DNA of 63,714 bases, the filler included, from Octopus bimaculoides (lineage: Eukaryota), in the NCBI RefSeq assembly GCF_001194135.2. It is 6 parts of 5 records of this genome, joined end to end, with 100 filler letters (N's around TTAATTAATTAA, not from the genome) between each part and the next. Parts side by side here need not be neighbours in the genome. Positions count along the whole stretch, not along the records: positions 37,015 to 58,263 come from NC_068983.1; 5 more parts are not named here. One strand, given 5' to 3'. The position numbers and the translations under genes are program-made. A model generated the notes under the pieces. That model searched no databases. It saw nothing but the letters and a program-made list of their open reading frames with translations, and was not told the DNA's origin. Of the stretch, positions 38,674 through 52,129 are shown piece by piece (the first letter of the stretch is position 1; every line of letters begins with the position of its first letter).

Positions 38674-39018
38674 GCCATTTAACTCCCCAGACTGCAACCC
38701 ACTTGATTATTATGTATGGGGCACAGTTGAGTGAGAGACCAACAAAACTCATTGTAACACCAAAGATGAACTGAAGACAAACATTGTAGCAGCATTCACC
38801 AGTTTGAACAAGGAAACAGACCAGAAGAGTTGCAGGAGATTCTAAAGTCGTCTGGAGGCCATGGTTGAAGCCAATGACAATTTTATTGAATAAATTTACT
38901 CTTTAGTATTTTCAAGATATTTTTATGTAACTTTGGTAAATATATCTGTTAAAATGAGACGTCAGTGTTATTTTCATTTTTGCGTAATTTAGACAACAGT
39001 TTATTCACTGCACCCTGT
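38674..39018 (+). mobile_element. DD37D/maT-type transposon 3' end with TIR
   Basis: NSPDCNPLDYYVWGTVE..TKDELK..RLEAMVEANDNFIE*; ends TTATTCACTGCACCCTG. Confidence 0.88.
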
Positions 39019-39025
39019 GTGCACG

Positions 39026-39065
<40 letters not shown>

Positions 39066-39089
39066 TACATACATAAATACTTATAAATG

Positions 39090-39190
39090 CATTCTTTCAT
39101 TCTTCTATTTGTTTCAGTCATATGACTGTGGCCATGCTGGAGCACCAACTTTAGTCAAACAAATAAACACCAAGGACTTATTCTTTGTAC
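39090..39190 (-). mobile_element. SINE A tail fragment
   Basis: tgtttcagtcatatgactgtggccatgctggagcacc. Confidence 0.8.
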
Positions 39191-39457
39191 CCTTGCCCTT
39201 CACTATATATAATTATGTGTATTTCTTCTATCTTAATGAATAAAAATTCTTCTGATAGAATAAATGGGTTAATAGAAACCAATGTATATATATATATATA
39301 TTCTTTTATTCACTATTAAACAAAAAATAACTTCCATTATGCCATTAACTATATATCAGCTGTACCAATTCTGCCCATAAGAAAGGAGCAAATAATACAA
39401 TGTGCCTATAGGCCATAACACCCAGGCAATGCTGGGAATGCATTACAGGTTTATATA

Positions 39458-39488
<31 letters not shown>

Positions 39489-39780
39489 GTGTGTTAATAT
39501 GTGTGTGTGTGTGTGTGTGTGTATATACATATATATATATATATGTGTGTGTGTATGTATGTATGTATGTATGTATGTACGTATGTATGTATGCATGTAT
39601 GTACGTACATATATATATATATATATGTCATGGGTGTACTACTATTACCACCTAGGTTATCATTATCCACTCAACTTCCAGCAGAGGGATTAGTCAACCA
39701 CTTTACTTGATGGTGTCACTAGTTATTACATGTTTAAGATGAACACAAGTATAAATGTTTAGTTTCTATGCCCGTTTCAC

Positions 39781-39889
39781 CATTGCGGGTATCTGGAACT
39801 CAACACTGAGTATTCCAAGTGCATTTGGATGCTGAACCACCATGCATCGTCAGAGGAACACTTTATTTCATTCTGCGTTACAAAGAAGG
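39781..39889 (-). CDS. Candidate 109-nt exon D (FFVTQNEIKCSSDDAWWFSIQMHLEYSVLSSRYPQ)
   Basis: Non-repetitive, relatively GC-rich island; acceptor TTACTTTCTCTGTCAG, weaker donor TG|GTGAAA; only one minus-strand frame is open. Confidence 0.33.
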
Positions 39890-40235
39890 CTGACAGAGAA
39901 AGTAATCTTTGTACTCGGCATGGACGTTAGAATGATGACGATGGCAATAATGATGGCGATGATGACGATGACGATGACGACGACGACGATGACAACGACG
40001 ACGATGACGATGATGGTGACACTCACAGACAGACAGAAAAACGCATGCACACAAATTTATAAGCATGAATACACACATGCACACACACACATACACACAC
40101 ACATGCACACACACACACGTGCACACACACACACACATGCACACGCACACATGCACACACACACACATGCAAAGGTGCGTGCACACACACACATACACAT
40201 GCACACATATGCAAACACACAAACACACAAACACA

Positions 40236-40276
<41 letters not shown>

Positions 40277-40747
40277 TACATATTCGTTAGCTGTCATAGC
40301 CAAAACAAACTAAAGAACTTATACTAAAGATTACTTTGGGTTATATATAAAGGTTCAAGCTGTCACTGCAAGTCATAAAATTAATTAATTTACAAAATAC
40401 AGTGATGGCTTTAACATTTAGGCATAATTCAAAGTAATCTTTAGTCTGAGAATTACAACAGTTGACACATTAGTAATTCATGTAACAGAAACTAACAGCT
40501 GAAAAGGAGTCTAATATTAAAATCAGTCTATTTGATTCAGTTATAAGCATAACAACACTAGGTATTAACCCTTTTGATATGGACCTGCCTGAGACTGCCC
40601 TCTGTTCTTTGAGATATGCTTCCTGATTTAAAGTGATTTAGATTAAAACATTCTATCAAAATCACATATTGATTTATGTCCCAGTCACCATGACAGAGTT
40701 ATTTTACTGAATTCTTAGTTATTTTCAAAATTAACTGGAACAAAGGT

Positions 40748-40965
40748 ATCATCATCATCATCATCATCATCATCAATTCATGTCTGTTTTCCATGCTGAC
40801 AGTTTGACGAAAAACTAGTAATATGGGGAGCTGCACCAGGTTCCACTCTGATCTGGCTTGGATTCTTACATCTGGATGCCCTTTCTAACGCCAACTTCTC
40901 CAAGAGTGTAGTGGGTACTTTTCATGTGCCACCGGCACAGGTGCTAATTATGAAACACCGGCATC
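40748..40965 (-). mobile_element. Family D copy
   Basis: (CAT)n..CTGTTTTCCATGCTG..CTGGATGCCCTTTCTAACGCCAAC. Confidence 0.8.
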
Positions 40966-41384
40966 AACCAGTGCATTTCAATAGAAATATAGTAACAAAA
41001 GGGCTCATATGATTTTATAAAGGTGTTAAAATGTAGGATATCCAATTGCTGATGAAAGGTTAGCCAGTTGCTCAATCTTTTACTATTCGCTGTAAGGTTG
41101 TATAATAAATATGACAGCAACTTTATGTCTGTCTAATGTATCAAGTAAATTTAATTAATGTATTTAATTATGTTGCTGCTGTAATGATTGCCAAAAATTT
41201 AGGCTCATTCAAAGTAATTTTTAGCGCGAGAAATAACCACTGCTGGCATGTCAGTAATTTGCATAAAAGACTTATATTATGTGTGTGTGTGTGTGTGTGT
41301 GCGTGTGTGTATGTGTGTGTGTGTGTGTGTGCATGTGTGCATGTGTGTGTGTGTGTGTGCATGCGTGCATGTGTGTGTATCAAC

Positions 41385-41509
41385 ATTAATGCAACCTTTG
41401 AAACCATGCCAAATCTAACTGGAACCTGGTGCAGCCCTCCACCTTACCAATTCCAGTCAAACTGTCTAACCCATGCCAGCATGAAAAGTAGACGTTAAAT
41501 GATGATGAC

Positions 41510-41560
<51 letters not shown>

Positions 41561-41815
41561 ATAAATATACACATATATTCTTTCATTTATTCTTTCACTT
41601 GTTTCAGTAATTTGACAGTGGCCATGCTGAAGCACCACCTTATGCTTACAGCCATCATCATAGTGAAACATCTGCTTCTCATGCTGGTATGGGTTATACA
41701 GTTTGACAGGTACCTGGCAGGCCAAAGAGTGGCACCAGGCTCCAATGGTCTGTTCTGGCATGGTTTCGAATGTCAACCACATACAAAGCATATTGAGTGC
41801 TTTCTACATGGCACC

Positions 41816-41820
<5 letters not shown>
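41385..41820. mobile_element. Cluster: D tail (+, 41385-41560), SINE A tail (-, 41575-41640), D fragment (-, 41640-41820)
   Basis: Diagnostic D and A tail motifs in the stated orientations. Confidence 0.7.
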
Positions 41821-41861
<41 letters not shown>

Positions 41862-42069
41862 AATATATGTCAGTTTGTCATTTTGTTTATTTATTCTCAT
41901 TTGGTTAGTATTTTGAATCAAGACATTTGGTCTCTAACATGTTATATGACCTCAGATAACAATTAAGCTCCTGAATTTCTCATTAAATAAATTACTTTAT
42001 ATTAATTAAATGAAAGAGTAGATCATTTAACTATATAAACATATTACATTACGAAACAAAAACATCTAT

Positions 42070-42435
42070 AACAAGAGCACTCAGAGAGCACAAACCTCCG
42101 CCAAGGCAAAATCAACATCCTCTCAACAGTTAGACAGAGATGATTTTTAAAATGACAATATCTGAAATAAACTCAACTGCTCTCACAAACGAGAATACTA
42201 AAAATGAACCCTACTGCTCTCAAAAATTAAGTAAAAAACAAGAAAAATAATTCAGAATCCTTGTCTGATACTGAATTGAACTCAAAATCTAATCAGTTTG
42301 TGCCAGTCATGAGGCCAAATATCTCTGAAAGTTTCATCTGAGTCCATCCAGCGGTTCTTGAGATATCTTGTCCATGGACAAACAAACAAACACAACTGAA
42401 AACAATACCTCCTCCTTCGCTTAAGGTGGAGGTAA
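42070..42435 (+). mobile_element. Helentron-type non-autonomous element (HINE/DINE-1-like)
   Basis: Starts ACAAGAGCACTCAGAGAGC; 5' subterminal repeat ACCTCCGCC (42094-42102); 3' stem-loop ACCTCCTCCTT-CGCTT-AAGGTGGAGGT (42407-42433) whose right arm is the inverted partner of the 5' repeat. Confidence 0.7.
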
Positions 42436-42479
42436 AAATTAGTGAAGTAGAACATGCTAGAAAAGTAAGTTTGCCTAGT

Positions 42480-42640
42480 CCTCTCACTTGAATCACATTA
42501 ATACTTTGAAAAACATTAACTATGTTTCCAAATTGCTGGATGACTTGTCTTTGCTAAATATAGAATTAGATTTGTTATGCCAGATTGGTTTGAAGGATTT
42601 GATCAAAGACTTTACTCTCAAAGAAACTATTAGTAAAATA
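42480..42640 (+). mobile_element. Possible hAT dimerisation-domain fragment
   Basis: LKNINYVSKLLDDLSLLNIELDLLCQIGLKDLIKDFT.KET resembles hAT RL..L.LL.IE.DLL..D.I.DFA.K. Confidence 0.4.
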
Positions 42641-43047
42641 ATTTTATAAGTGGGTAACATTAATCATTATTTGACATTTGTTTCCTCAACATGTATGCTG
42701 AAATGAAGGACATTGTATCTTCATAGTTAGAAACCAAACAGATAAAAAATGTTTTGATGTTTGTTTCATTTCATGCAAATAATGATGTTTCTTCATTGGA
42801 AATTAAGAAAAAAAATTGTCTGCTAGTAACATAACATGCTGAAGAAAGAATTATTAGTATACTTGAGTATTTGTATTTTTGCCTTACAACAGTTATTTTT
42901 CTTTTTAAAATGGAAAAAAAAAAATGTAATGAAAATTTGACTGTTTTACTATAATGTGTATTTGCAAACCAAATGCAAAAACGAAACTTTTTATCATAAG
43001 TTATGACTAAATAATTTGACTATATTGCTTACTGCTATTTAGTGTCA

Positions 43048-43269
43048 ATAATAATAATCCTTTCTACTTCAGGCACAAGGCCTGAAATTTGGGGGAGGGG
43101 AATAGTTGATTATATTGACCCCAGCACTCAACTGGTACTTAATTTATTGACCCCAAAAGGATGATAGGCAAAGTTGACCTCAGTGGAATTTGAACTCAGA
43201 ACATAGTGGCAGATGAAATACCACTAAGCATTTCACCTGGCGGGCTAACAATGCTGCTAGCTCGCTGCC

Positions 43270-43270
<1 letters not shown>
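43048..43270 (-). mobile_element. SINE family B
   Basis: Full head-to-tail match, followed by (AAT)n. Confidence 0.88.
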
Positions 43271-43327
<57 letters not shown>

Positions 43328-43756
43328 AATAATAATAATAATAATAAAATAATAATAATAACAATAATAATAATGATGATGATGATGGAATTGTCATGCC
43401 ATTAAAGAAAAGATCATAAGAATGTCTAATGATAAGAGGACACTTGTAGACACACATTTCTGTCTCAATAGGCAGAACACAGCAATATATATATATATAC
43501 AAATACATGCATACATATATACATACATATACATGCGTATGTGTATATATATATATAGCACAGAATTTTGTCAGTGAACAGGTCGCGGTCTCAAAGCGAT
43601 GAAAATATTTTGACAAGTTAAATTTAAATATTGAAGTGAATGTAACGGATTTTGTGTGTTATTTTAAATGGCTTATAAACACCTTCCATGCTGCAATTGT
43701 TTTTGTTCCAGCACACGATCTCAGATCAGGTCACTTGCTATGCAAGTACATCTCCG

Positions 43757-43806
<50 letters not shown>

Positions 43807-44329
43807 GCATATATATACACATACATACATATAAATATATATACAGCTAAAGAAATAATTAATATATATATAGATATAAATCCAAAAGGTGAAACAATAA
43901 TGCAACAGATGACAATAAAACATCCAGACAGATATAGATGATACAAAGATGGATAGGGAAAACAACAAAAAGACAGACAGGAAAAAAATACAGAGTTTAG
44001 TATGACTAATTTGAGTAATACTAATGTTAGTCGTAGTATGGTCAGTGTGGCAGCACGACCAATGACAACAACCACCATACACCACTAATATATACATGTG
44101 TGTGTGTGTGTTGTGTAATTATGCATGCAGATATACCACACAGAAAAAATATGTAGAAAAGTTGAAACTGAGAATGGTAACAAAACTCTGAACTCTTCTG
44201 AAAGCATTGTCTCAGCATGGCCAAAGTCTAAAGACTAAAATAGGTGGAAGAGCTAAAAAGGTATTTTTTATTTCATTTGTTTGTTTATTTACTTTTATGC
44301 GGCATAGATGCAAAGATGCTACTTGATAG

Positions 44330-44353
44330 ATAGATGAACCGATGGATGGATAT

Positions 44354-44427
<74 letters not shown>

Positions 44428-44640
44428 GGATGGATGGATGGACAGACAGGTAAAGATATAGATAAATAGCTAGATAGATAGATGGATAGATAGACAGATA
44501 GATGGATGGATGGATAGATGAATAGATGGATAGATGGATGGATAAGTGGATGAATGAATCGATCAATCGATTGATAGATAGATTGTTAGATAGATGGATG
44601 CAAAAATGGATGGGTAAGAAGATAGGCTGAATGATGCATA
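44330..44640. repeat. (GATA)n/(GATG)n microsatellite
   Basis: Visible directly. Confidence 0.9.
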
Positions 44641-44815
44641 CTAATGGAATTATTTGGGATTTAAGATTAGTTAAAGGTGTCAAAACTACAAACAAAAAAA
44701 TGTCTAAAAGTTCATGGCAATTGTCTCAGATTGATAGCACCAAATTCTTTACAGTGTTGCTCTTTAGGTTTGTATTTTTTTGTTGATATTTTTTGTATAA
44801 TTTATTCTTTTTCAC

Positions 44816-44842
44816 CATTATTATTCCAGGAAAATCCACATG
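44816..44842 (-). CDS. Candidate 27-nt exon C
   Basis: Acceptor TCTTTTTATCTCTGCAG, donor TG|GTGAAA; frame-preserving length. Confidence 0.28.
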
Positions 44843-44954
44843 CTGCAGAGATAAAAAGACATTTTAAGTATTTTATTTTGTTTTATTGTCTTTTTTCTTT
44901 TCTTCTTTTTTTTTTTTGTCCCGATTTCACATTCTATCAGTATTGTGTTTTTTG

Positions 44955-45180
44955 TTGTTGTTGATTAGTTCTGGCTCAGTTCTGATTGAGGAGACTCATA
45001 ATTAAAGGCATTCCAATTATGACTATCTCGTCTATTTTTTTTTTATCTTTTATCTGTTTTTTATTACAAACGAGAGTATCTTAGATAACATTATCCAATT
45101 TGTTCTCACATTTTTTTAAGTGCTAAGATTAATGTGATGGATATAAGGCTGTTATTTCTAGCAAGTCAAGCAACCACAAA
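44955..45180 (-). mobile_element. Retroposon family F ((CAA)n-tailed; GCTAGAAATAGCAGCC motif)
   Basis: Reverse-complement match to 49030-49550. Confidence 0.6.
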
Positions 45181-45353
45181 GTGGATTGTTTTTCATTGGC
45201 TTGTGTCTTTTCGTTCTACACAATAAGATTGATGAAATAAGTATTGCAAATACTTATTGCTCTTCCTATTGCCAACTCTTACCATTTTTGTACAAGTAGA
45301 GGAATTCTTCATTACATAAGTCTTTGAGAAAGCTAAATAGTAGTAGTAGTAAT

Positions 45354-45391
<38 letters not shown>

Positions 45392-45731
45392 CAGTAGTAG
45401 TAGTAGTAGTAGTAGCAGCAGCAGTATAGAGACATTGCACTGTAACTGCACCTTGTTGCTTCCACCATTTGTTGGTGATCCCCTACTCCTGGCAACAGGT
45501 GACAACCTTCCAAACCATGGGTCTGTGTTGGCTAATCATTGCTGGTGAGGATTTTATAAGCTGTCAGATTGCAAATCCTACCTCGAGCTCTTTTAGTTGC
45601 CTTTTATGACACACAGAGGAAATATTGGGTCAATTCTTTGACCCACCGGTCCCATCACAACACAAAGAGCTGAGTGACCAATCATAATGTCAACAATGAT
45701 TATCACCACTTCAATCAAGCGTTGACAAGCA

Positions 45732-46702
45732 AGGAATACAAATATTGGTTTTGAAATTCAGCAACAGACCACTAATTTTGAGGTAGGGGGCAAGTCGATT
45801 ACACTGGCTCCAGTGATCAGCTGGTACTTATTTTATTGAGCCTAAAAGATAAAAAGCAAAGTTAACCTCAGCATAATTTGAACTCAGAATGTAAAGACAG
45901 ATGAAATATTTTTTTCTACTCTAGGCACAAGGCTTGAAATCCTTGGGGAGGGGGGGCCATTCGATTAGATCGACCCCAGTACACAACTGGTACTTAATTT
46001 ATTGACCCCAAAACGATGAAAGGCAAAGTTGACCTCAGTGGAATCTGAGCTCAGATCAAAAAGATGGATGAAATATTGCTAAGCATTTTGCCTGGCATGC
46101 TAACAATTCTGCCAGTTTACCATCTTAAGGAATATTAATATCAGCTTCAAATTTTGGCACAAGGTCAGTAACTTTGTGGGAGGGAGTAAGTCAATTACAT
46201 CGACACCAGTGCTTGACTGGTACCTATTTTACTGACCCCCAAATATTCAGAATGTAAAGACGGATGAAATATTCTTTTCTACCCTAGGCACAAGGCTCGA
46301 AATCCTTGGGGAGGGGGGGGTGACCAGTCAATTAGATTGACCCCAGTACACAACTGGTACTTAATTTATTGACCCCGAAAAGATGAAAGTCAAAGTTGAC
46401 CCTAGTAGAATTTGAGCTGAGAATGAAAAGACATGAAATATTGCTAAGCACTTTGTCCAGCATGCTAATGATTCTACCAGTTTCACTGCCTTTAGGAATA
46501 TAAATATTAGTTTCAAATTTTGGCACAAGGCCAGCAACTTTGGGGGAGGAGATAAGTTGAGTACATTGATCCCAGTGCTCAACTAGTACTTATTTTATCA
46601 ATCCTGAAAGGATGAAAAGCATAATCAACCTCAGTGGAATTTGAACTTAGAACTATAGAGAAAGATGAAATGCTGCTAAGCAACTTCCAGCGCACCACCT
46701 TA
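45732..46702 (-). repeat. Alternating tandem array of five SINE B units (X-Y-X-Y-X), period 363 bp
   Basis: Two tail subtypes alternate; the same X/Y junction GATGAAATATT occurs at 45900 and 46263. Confidence 0.88.
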
Positions 46703-46718
46703 AGAAATACAAATATTG

Positions 46719-46780
<62 letters not shown>

Positions 46781-47124
46781 TGCAATGAATTTTCACACAT
46801 TAGCCTTCAGCTTAGGAAATGGAAATCACTGTCAATCCACTCTCCCTATGGCATATCAAATAAATTTAGTCTAAGCCCCACCGAAACATTACTACAAAGG
46901 TCTTGGGTCACTCAATTGGCAGCATGTCTTCCATCACAACTGACATTCACTTCCTCACTGCTACAAATGTGATTTGAAGAAGAGTACATCAATGATTAAG
47001 GTTCCAAGAGATTTCTTGTACATGGTTACTTGAATCAAAATATGACTTTCTGCTATAAGTTATGAATTCTTGATGTATGTGTCATACTCATTTCCTTGTC
47101 TTCTACTGACGTTCATACCTTTAA

Positions 47125-47752
47125 GGGTACAACAATGACTATGTAGTCAAGAAGTTTGCTTTGCAATGGTGTATGGTCTGGGTTCAGTCCCACTGCAAGG
47201 CATCTTGAGAATCTGTTTTCTACAATAGTCTTGGACCACTCAATGCTGTAAAAGGGTATCTGATAGATGGAAACTGCAGGTAGCCTACCCTATATATCAT
47301 CATCATCATCGTCATCATCATTGTAATCATCATTGTCCTTATTACCGTAATCATCATCATTGTCGTCGTTGTTGTTGTTGTCGTCATCATCATCGCAATT
47401 CTCCTCCTCCCCCTCCTTATTATCCTCATCATTGTCATGAACATCATCATCATTTTCATCAGTGTCTCTATTTTAATGTTCACCTGTCCATGCTTGCATG
47501 AGTCAGATGAAATCTGTTTTATTCTTTTATTCGTTTATTCTTTTACCTGTTTCAGTTATTTGACTGCAGCCATGATGGAGCACCACGCTTTAGTTGAACA
47601 AATCGACTCCAGGATTTGTTCTTTGTAAGCCTAGTACTTATTCTATCAGTCACTTTTGCTGAACCGCTAAGTTACTGGGATGTAAACACATCAACATCGG
47701 TTGTCAAGCGATGGTGGTGGGACAAACACAGACACATAAACACATACACCAT

Positions 47753-47801
<49 letters not shown>

Positions 47802-47930
47802 GCTTCTTTCAGTTTCTGTCTACCAAATTCACTCACAAGACTTTGGTTGCCCAAGGTGCCATGCAGTGGGACTGAATCCGGAACCATGTGATTGGTAAGC
47901 AAGCTTCTTACAACAAAGCTACTGCTGCGC
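47125..47930. mobile_element. Old SINE A (+, 47125-47295), D-variant tail (-, about 47300-47515) and SINE A (-, 47515-47930)
   Basis: Family motifs in the stated orientations. Confidence 0.8.
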
Positions 47931-47989
47931 TGATGTTTGGGCAGATTTTCTTCAGTAGGATTTTTTTCTCATTAAAAGGTAAAACTTAC

Positions 47990-48017
47990 CCATGACCAGA
48001 TAAATTTTCATGGAAGA
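47990..48017 (-). CDS. Candidate 28-nt exon B (TCTTCCATGAAAATTTATCTGGTCATGG)
   Basis: Acceptor GTGTGTTTCATTTGCAG and consensus donor GG|GTAAGT in unique sequence. Confidence 0.38.
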
Positions 48018-48234
48018 CTGCAAATGAAACACACTGCTTGTGAGACAGTGATGCTTATTCATTGTACAGTATCACAATAAGCAGATTCCCCCTTCACCCC
48101 CACCTCATATATATGTATACACATATATACCTACATGGTGGACATCTTTTAGGTTTCACCTATCAATATCATTTACAAGGCTATAGTAGAAAACCCTTCT
48201 CTAAGAGACCGTCCAGTAAGATTGAATCTGATAC

Positions 48235-48572
48235 TGGGTGACCCCCTTTGGTCACGAATGATCATGGGATTGCAACCTAGAAAGTTACCCTCTGAGGCAC
48301 AAGTCCAGGCAAGGTTGTTTTATGGAAGACCAGCAGTCCCCCATGTATACCAGCCTCCCCTCTCCACACCACTGATGTCATTCAAGGGAAAGGCAAAAAC
48401 CAACACAGCTTGGCACCAGTGACATCACAACTCATTTCTACAGCTAAATGAACTGGAGCAATGTGAAATAAAGTGTCTTGCTCAAGAACACAACATGCAG
48501 TCTGGTCTGAGAATCAAACTCACAACCTCACAATCATAAGCTCAATGCTCTAACCACTGAACTATGCACCTT
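48235..48572 (-). mobile_element. SINE family E (C-type head and core + tail 2), nested in an old SINE A (48120-48630)
   Basis: Head AAGGTGCATAGTTCAGTGGTTAGAGC and core TTCTTGAGCAAGACACTTTATTTCAC are shared with C; tail differs. The A remnant is split on either side. Confidence 0.85.
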
Positions 48573-48639
48573 CACAAACTTGACTTTATACAGTTGGTAA
48601 GTAAACATCTTAACCATACAACCATTCTTACACCTATGT

Positions 48640-48905
48640 GTAAATATGTGTCAGTGTTTGTGTGTATGTGTTTGTGTGTGTATGTGTGTGTGTATATATA
48701 TTTAAGTGTGTGTGTCTTTGTGTCTGTGTTTGTCTCCCTCACCACCATCGCTTGACAGCTGATGTTGGTGTATTTATGTCCCTGTAACTTAGCAGTTTGG
48801 TAAAAGAGACTGATAGAATAAGTACTAGGTTTACAAAGAGTTAATCCTGGGGTCGATTTGTTTGACTAAAACTCTTAAAGGCAGTGCTCCAGCATGCACA
48901 GTCAG
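48640..48905 (+). mobile_element. SINE A 3' half
   Basis: Body and tail match. Confidence 0.82.
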
Positions 48906-49069
48906 ATTGAATGACTATTAAATACCCATATCTTAAGAAGATTTTTAACCACAAGAAAAATAAAAACAAAATGGGCAAATATAATCTGTATTCCTTCTCT
49001 AACTACTTTATATTCTATGAACCACTGAGGCAGTTTCTATGAGATTTTGCCATTTGCTAGAAATAGAAG

Positions 49070-49384
49070 ACTTGTAAAGGCATGTCGCTTTGTGGTTGGA
49101 CATTTGGTTTGCAACTGTAAGGTCATGAGTTCAATTCTCAGCTGCACATTGTGTCCTTGAGCAAGACACTTTATTTCACATTGCACCAGTCTACTCAGAT
49201 GGCAAAAATGAGTTGTACCTGTATTTCAAAGGGGCAGCTTTGTCACATTCTGCGTCATGCTAAATCTTCTTGTGAACTACATAGAGGGAGTGCTCAGCCA
49301 CATGCACATTAATTTCATGAGCAGGCTGTTTCATTGATCAGATGAATTGGTGCTCTTATCATTGTAACCGACAGATTCTAGTTT
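49070..49384 (+). mobile_element. SINE C with a 12-bp TSD, inserted into a family F element (about 49030-49550)
   Basis: TSD TAGAAATAGAAG at 49058-49069 and 49385-49396. Confidence 0.88.
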
Positions 49385-50299
49385 TAGAAATAGAAGCCAA
49401 AGTACACACATATCACTTCTGAAAAGTACAAATTGAATAATGCGTTCATGAATTCCTTTTGCTCAAGATAAAAATGAGATGGTCATGACTGGAATACTTT
49501 GATCAAAGAGCTGTTTAGCTAGGGTCTACCTAGGACTAAGCAACAACGCTAACATCCTTTCTTACCAAACAAATGTCTACACACACACACACACACACAA
49601 ATATATATACACACGTGTGTGCACACACATACAGAGGTACAGGGAAGTTTAAAAAACAAATGTAAACAGTAGAAAGATAATTGCATATTTATATGTAGCG
49701 GGAAGAGTCAATATCCTAGATTGGTTATAACAATCTGCTATGGCTAGTAAAGAAATACGAAATAAAATAATAAGAAAAACACATAAGCTGAAAGACAATA
49801 CAACAAGAGGAACTACAATAATAACATTACTAATAATATTAATAGTAATATTAATGATGAAAGAATAAAAACAAAACCAGAAAAAGTAGATCCAACTGGT
49901 CGTGACATTAATTGCTTTATTATTGATTTTCCAGAAAATTCCAATTAGATGACCACTGAGTGGGAAGAAGCATCTGTGATAAAAGAAAGATTGTAAAATC
50001 TCATCAGACTGGCTTTAGTCTTAGATAATGAGGTTAAGTCAAGCATTGATCTTTTTCTTCATATCTCTTCTTCTCCCTTTCTTAGTATCCCTCCTTCATG
50101 TCACCCCTCCCCTCTCTCTCATCTTCCTGCCCATTCTCTTATTCTCTCCCTTTTATGTGGTTTTCTTTTCCCTCTCCCATAGTTTTGAGCATGATTTTCA
50201 TCCACTGTGTATGCCTTTGTTAAATACTTAAAACAAACTTTGAAAATTAATCTTCAGCCTACAAAAGACAAGCAACAGGAGAGAAATCATTGTGAGTAG

Positions 50300-50760
50300 G
50301 TTACCTTTTCTACAGAATCTATCTGAATATACAGATAGAAGAGTTAACATTCACATTTCTTACCATGCACTATTAGCAGTTACTCGAGATATTTCTTGAG
50401 TATTACTTAGACAACCTTAAGAAGCTTCTGGATTACCATTGTTTGTATTTCATATCTGAGCAATGACTATACTCAGAGACTTGATGTGTCCTCTTAGTTG
50501 TTTAATTTAAGAGCATGAGCTTAAACTGTCTGGTCATGTTGCTCAATTTTCCAAGCTGGTTGTTGCATACTGTGTTTCCTTTTCTGAGGAATCAGCTGGG
50601 GTGATGATTCATGTTGGTCAGCCACATGCTTCATGGTCATACTGGATGAGGAAGTATTTCATAGAGATGGGAACTGATTGGGATACTGCTTGGAGGGTTG
50701 CTCATATATCGACAAATGGTATATGCAGTAGTGTTCCGCAAAGGCGAATACCCTCATATC
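50300..50760 (+). mobile_element. Old RTE (Expander-like) LINE 3' fragment
   Basis: EHELKLSGHVAQF..EESAG..GQPHASW..MRKYF.EMG.DW.TAW resembles ERQLRLFGHVARF..ED..GW..GRP..SW. Confidence 0.7.
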
Positions 50761-51660
50761 TGATCTGATTTATACAGCAAGAGAAGGACAGTACCCATAA
50801 TTCATTATATTTTCATAATCTATGAGAATTGGTGTGATGAAAAAAAACAAAAAAACGCACAAGATATCCTCAAATTGGAAAGCTAGCTCAAATGCACATA
50901 ACAGAGTAAAGGCACCTAATGAACAAGTGTTGGTATTAAACAGGTGATAGGTTAAGTCTATCCTGCAAGGTCTGTAAGAGGAGGGCTGAGGGATGATCTA
51001 GGGTGTCACATTAATATTAAAATAATCACCAATAGCAACCAAAAGGTGAGAACAACCATGGTAATAAAATTCAATAAAATATTTATAAAACAAAATTTTG
51101 CTTTTTTTAAGATCATACAAGATGTTCTTTTATATTTTTAAATTCTTTTTGATAGCTTATCTGAGAATGAAAATCAGTGTCCATAATTCTTACAGTTACA
51201 ACATTACCACAGCCTCCATCACTACAGCTTCCACCACCAAGAGCCTCTGCTACCATAGCCTCCAGTACCATAACCTCCAGTCCACAGCTTCCATCACAAC
51301 AGCCTTCACCATATCAGCCTCAAGCAATGCTACCACACCACTGCCACCACCACCGTCGCTGCTGCTGCCGGGGCGTGTAAGAAGAATTGAGTAAAATATT
51401 TAACATAGCATCTGTTGGAGATGAGCTTAAGACAGGAAAAGAAAGGCCTTGGCAGATGAAGAAACATGAATTGAGTAATTCCAGCATTAATTTTAGTCTT
51501 CGTGCTTTTTCTCTGTCTTCCATACTTTCTCTTTCTTCACTATATTTAGGATGAAGGCAATAACTTGAAGATATTACTTATAAATAATATAATCAATTGT
51601 CAGTCTCTTTCTTAGTCTGTATTGATGAAGTATAATGCATGAAGTAGAATTAGAATATTT

Positions 51661-51824
51661 TATTAGAAGCTGGAGCTTCTTCAGTCATAACATCAGAATT
51701 TCATGTTACTGATTATTCAAATGATTCAAGCGTGACAACAGTGGACCAATATATAAGCAAAAATATTGTTCAGCATATTGAAATATGAATATTCAACAGT
51801 ACACTGTGATATGATTAGTTACCA
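51661..51824. repeat. 164-bp dispersed direct repeat, copy 1
   Basis: Ungapped match to 54050-54213, about 85% identical by eye. Confidence 0.85.
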
Positions 51825-51911
51825 AAAATACTGTTAGAAAATGTATCGCACATTAGGGTATTTGCTTGTCAGACAGAACACAAATATATTTTCATCTATG
51901 CATATGTGAAA

Positions 51912-52010
<99 letters not shown>

Positions 52011-52129
52011 CACACACACATGCATACAGACACACACATAGACACACACACATACAGACACACAAAAACACGTTTGATTCTGTGTCTGTCTGTCTGTGTG
52101 TGTATATATTCATATATTCTTTTATTGGC

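Noticed and set aside
45732-46702. CRISPR-like or satellite interpretation of the periodic array
   Set aside because: Units are SINE B copies with no unique spacers; eukaryotic context.
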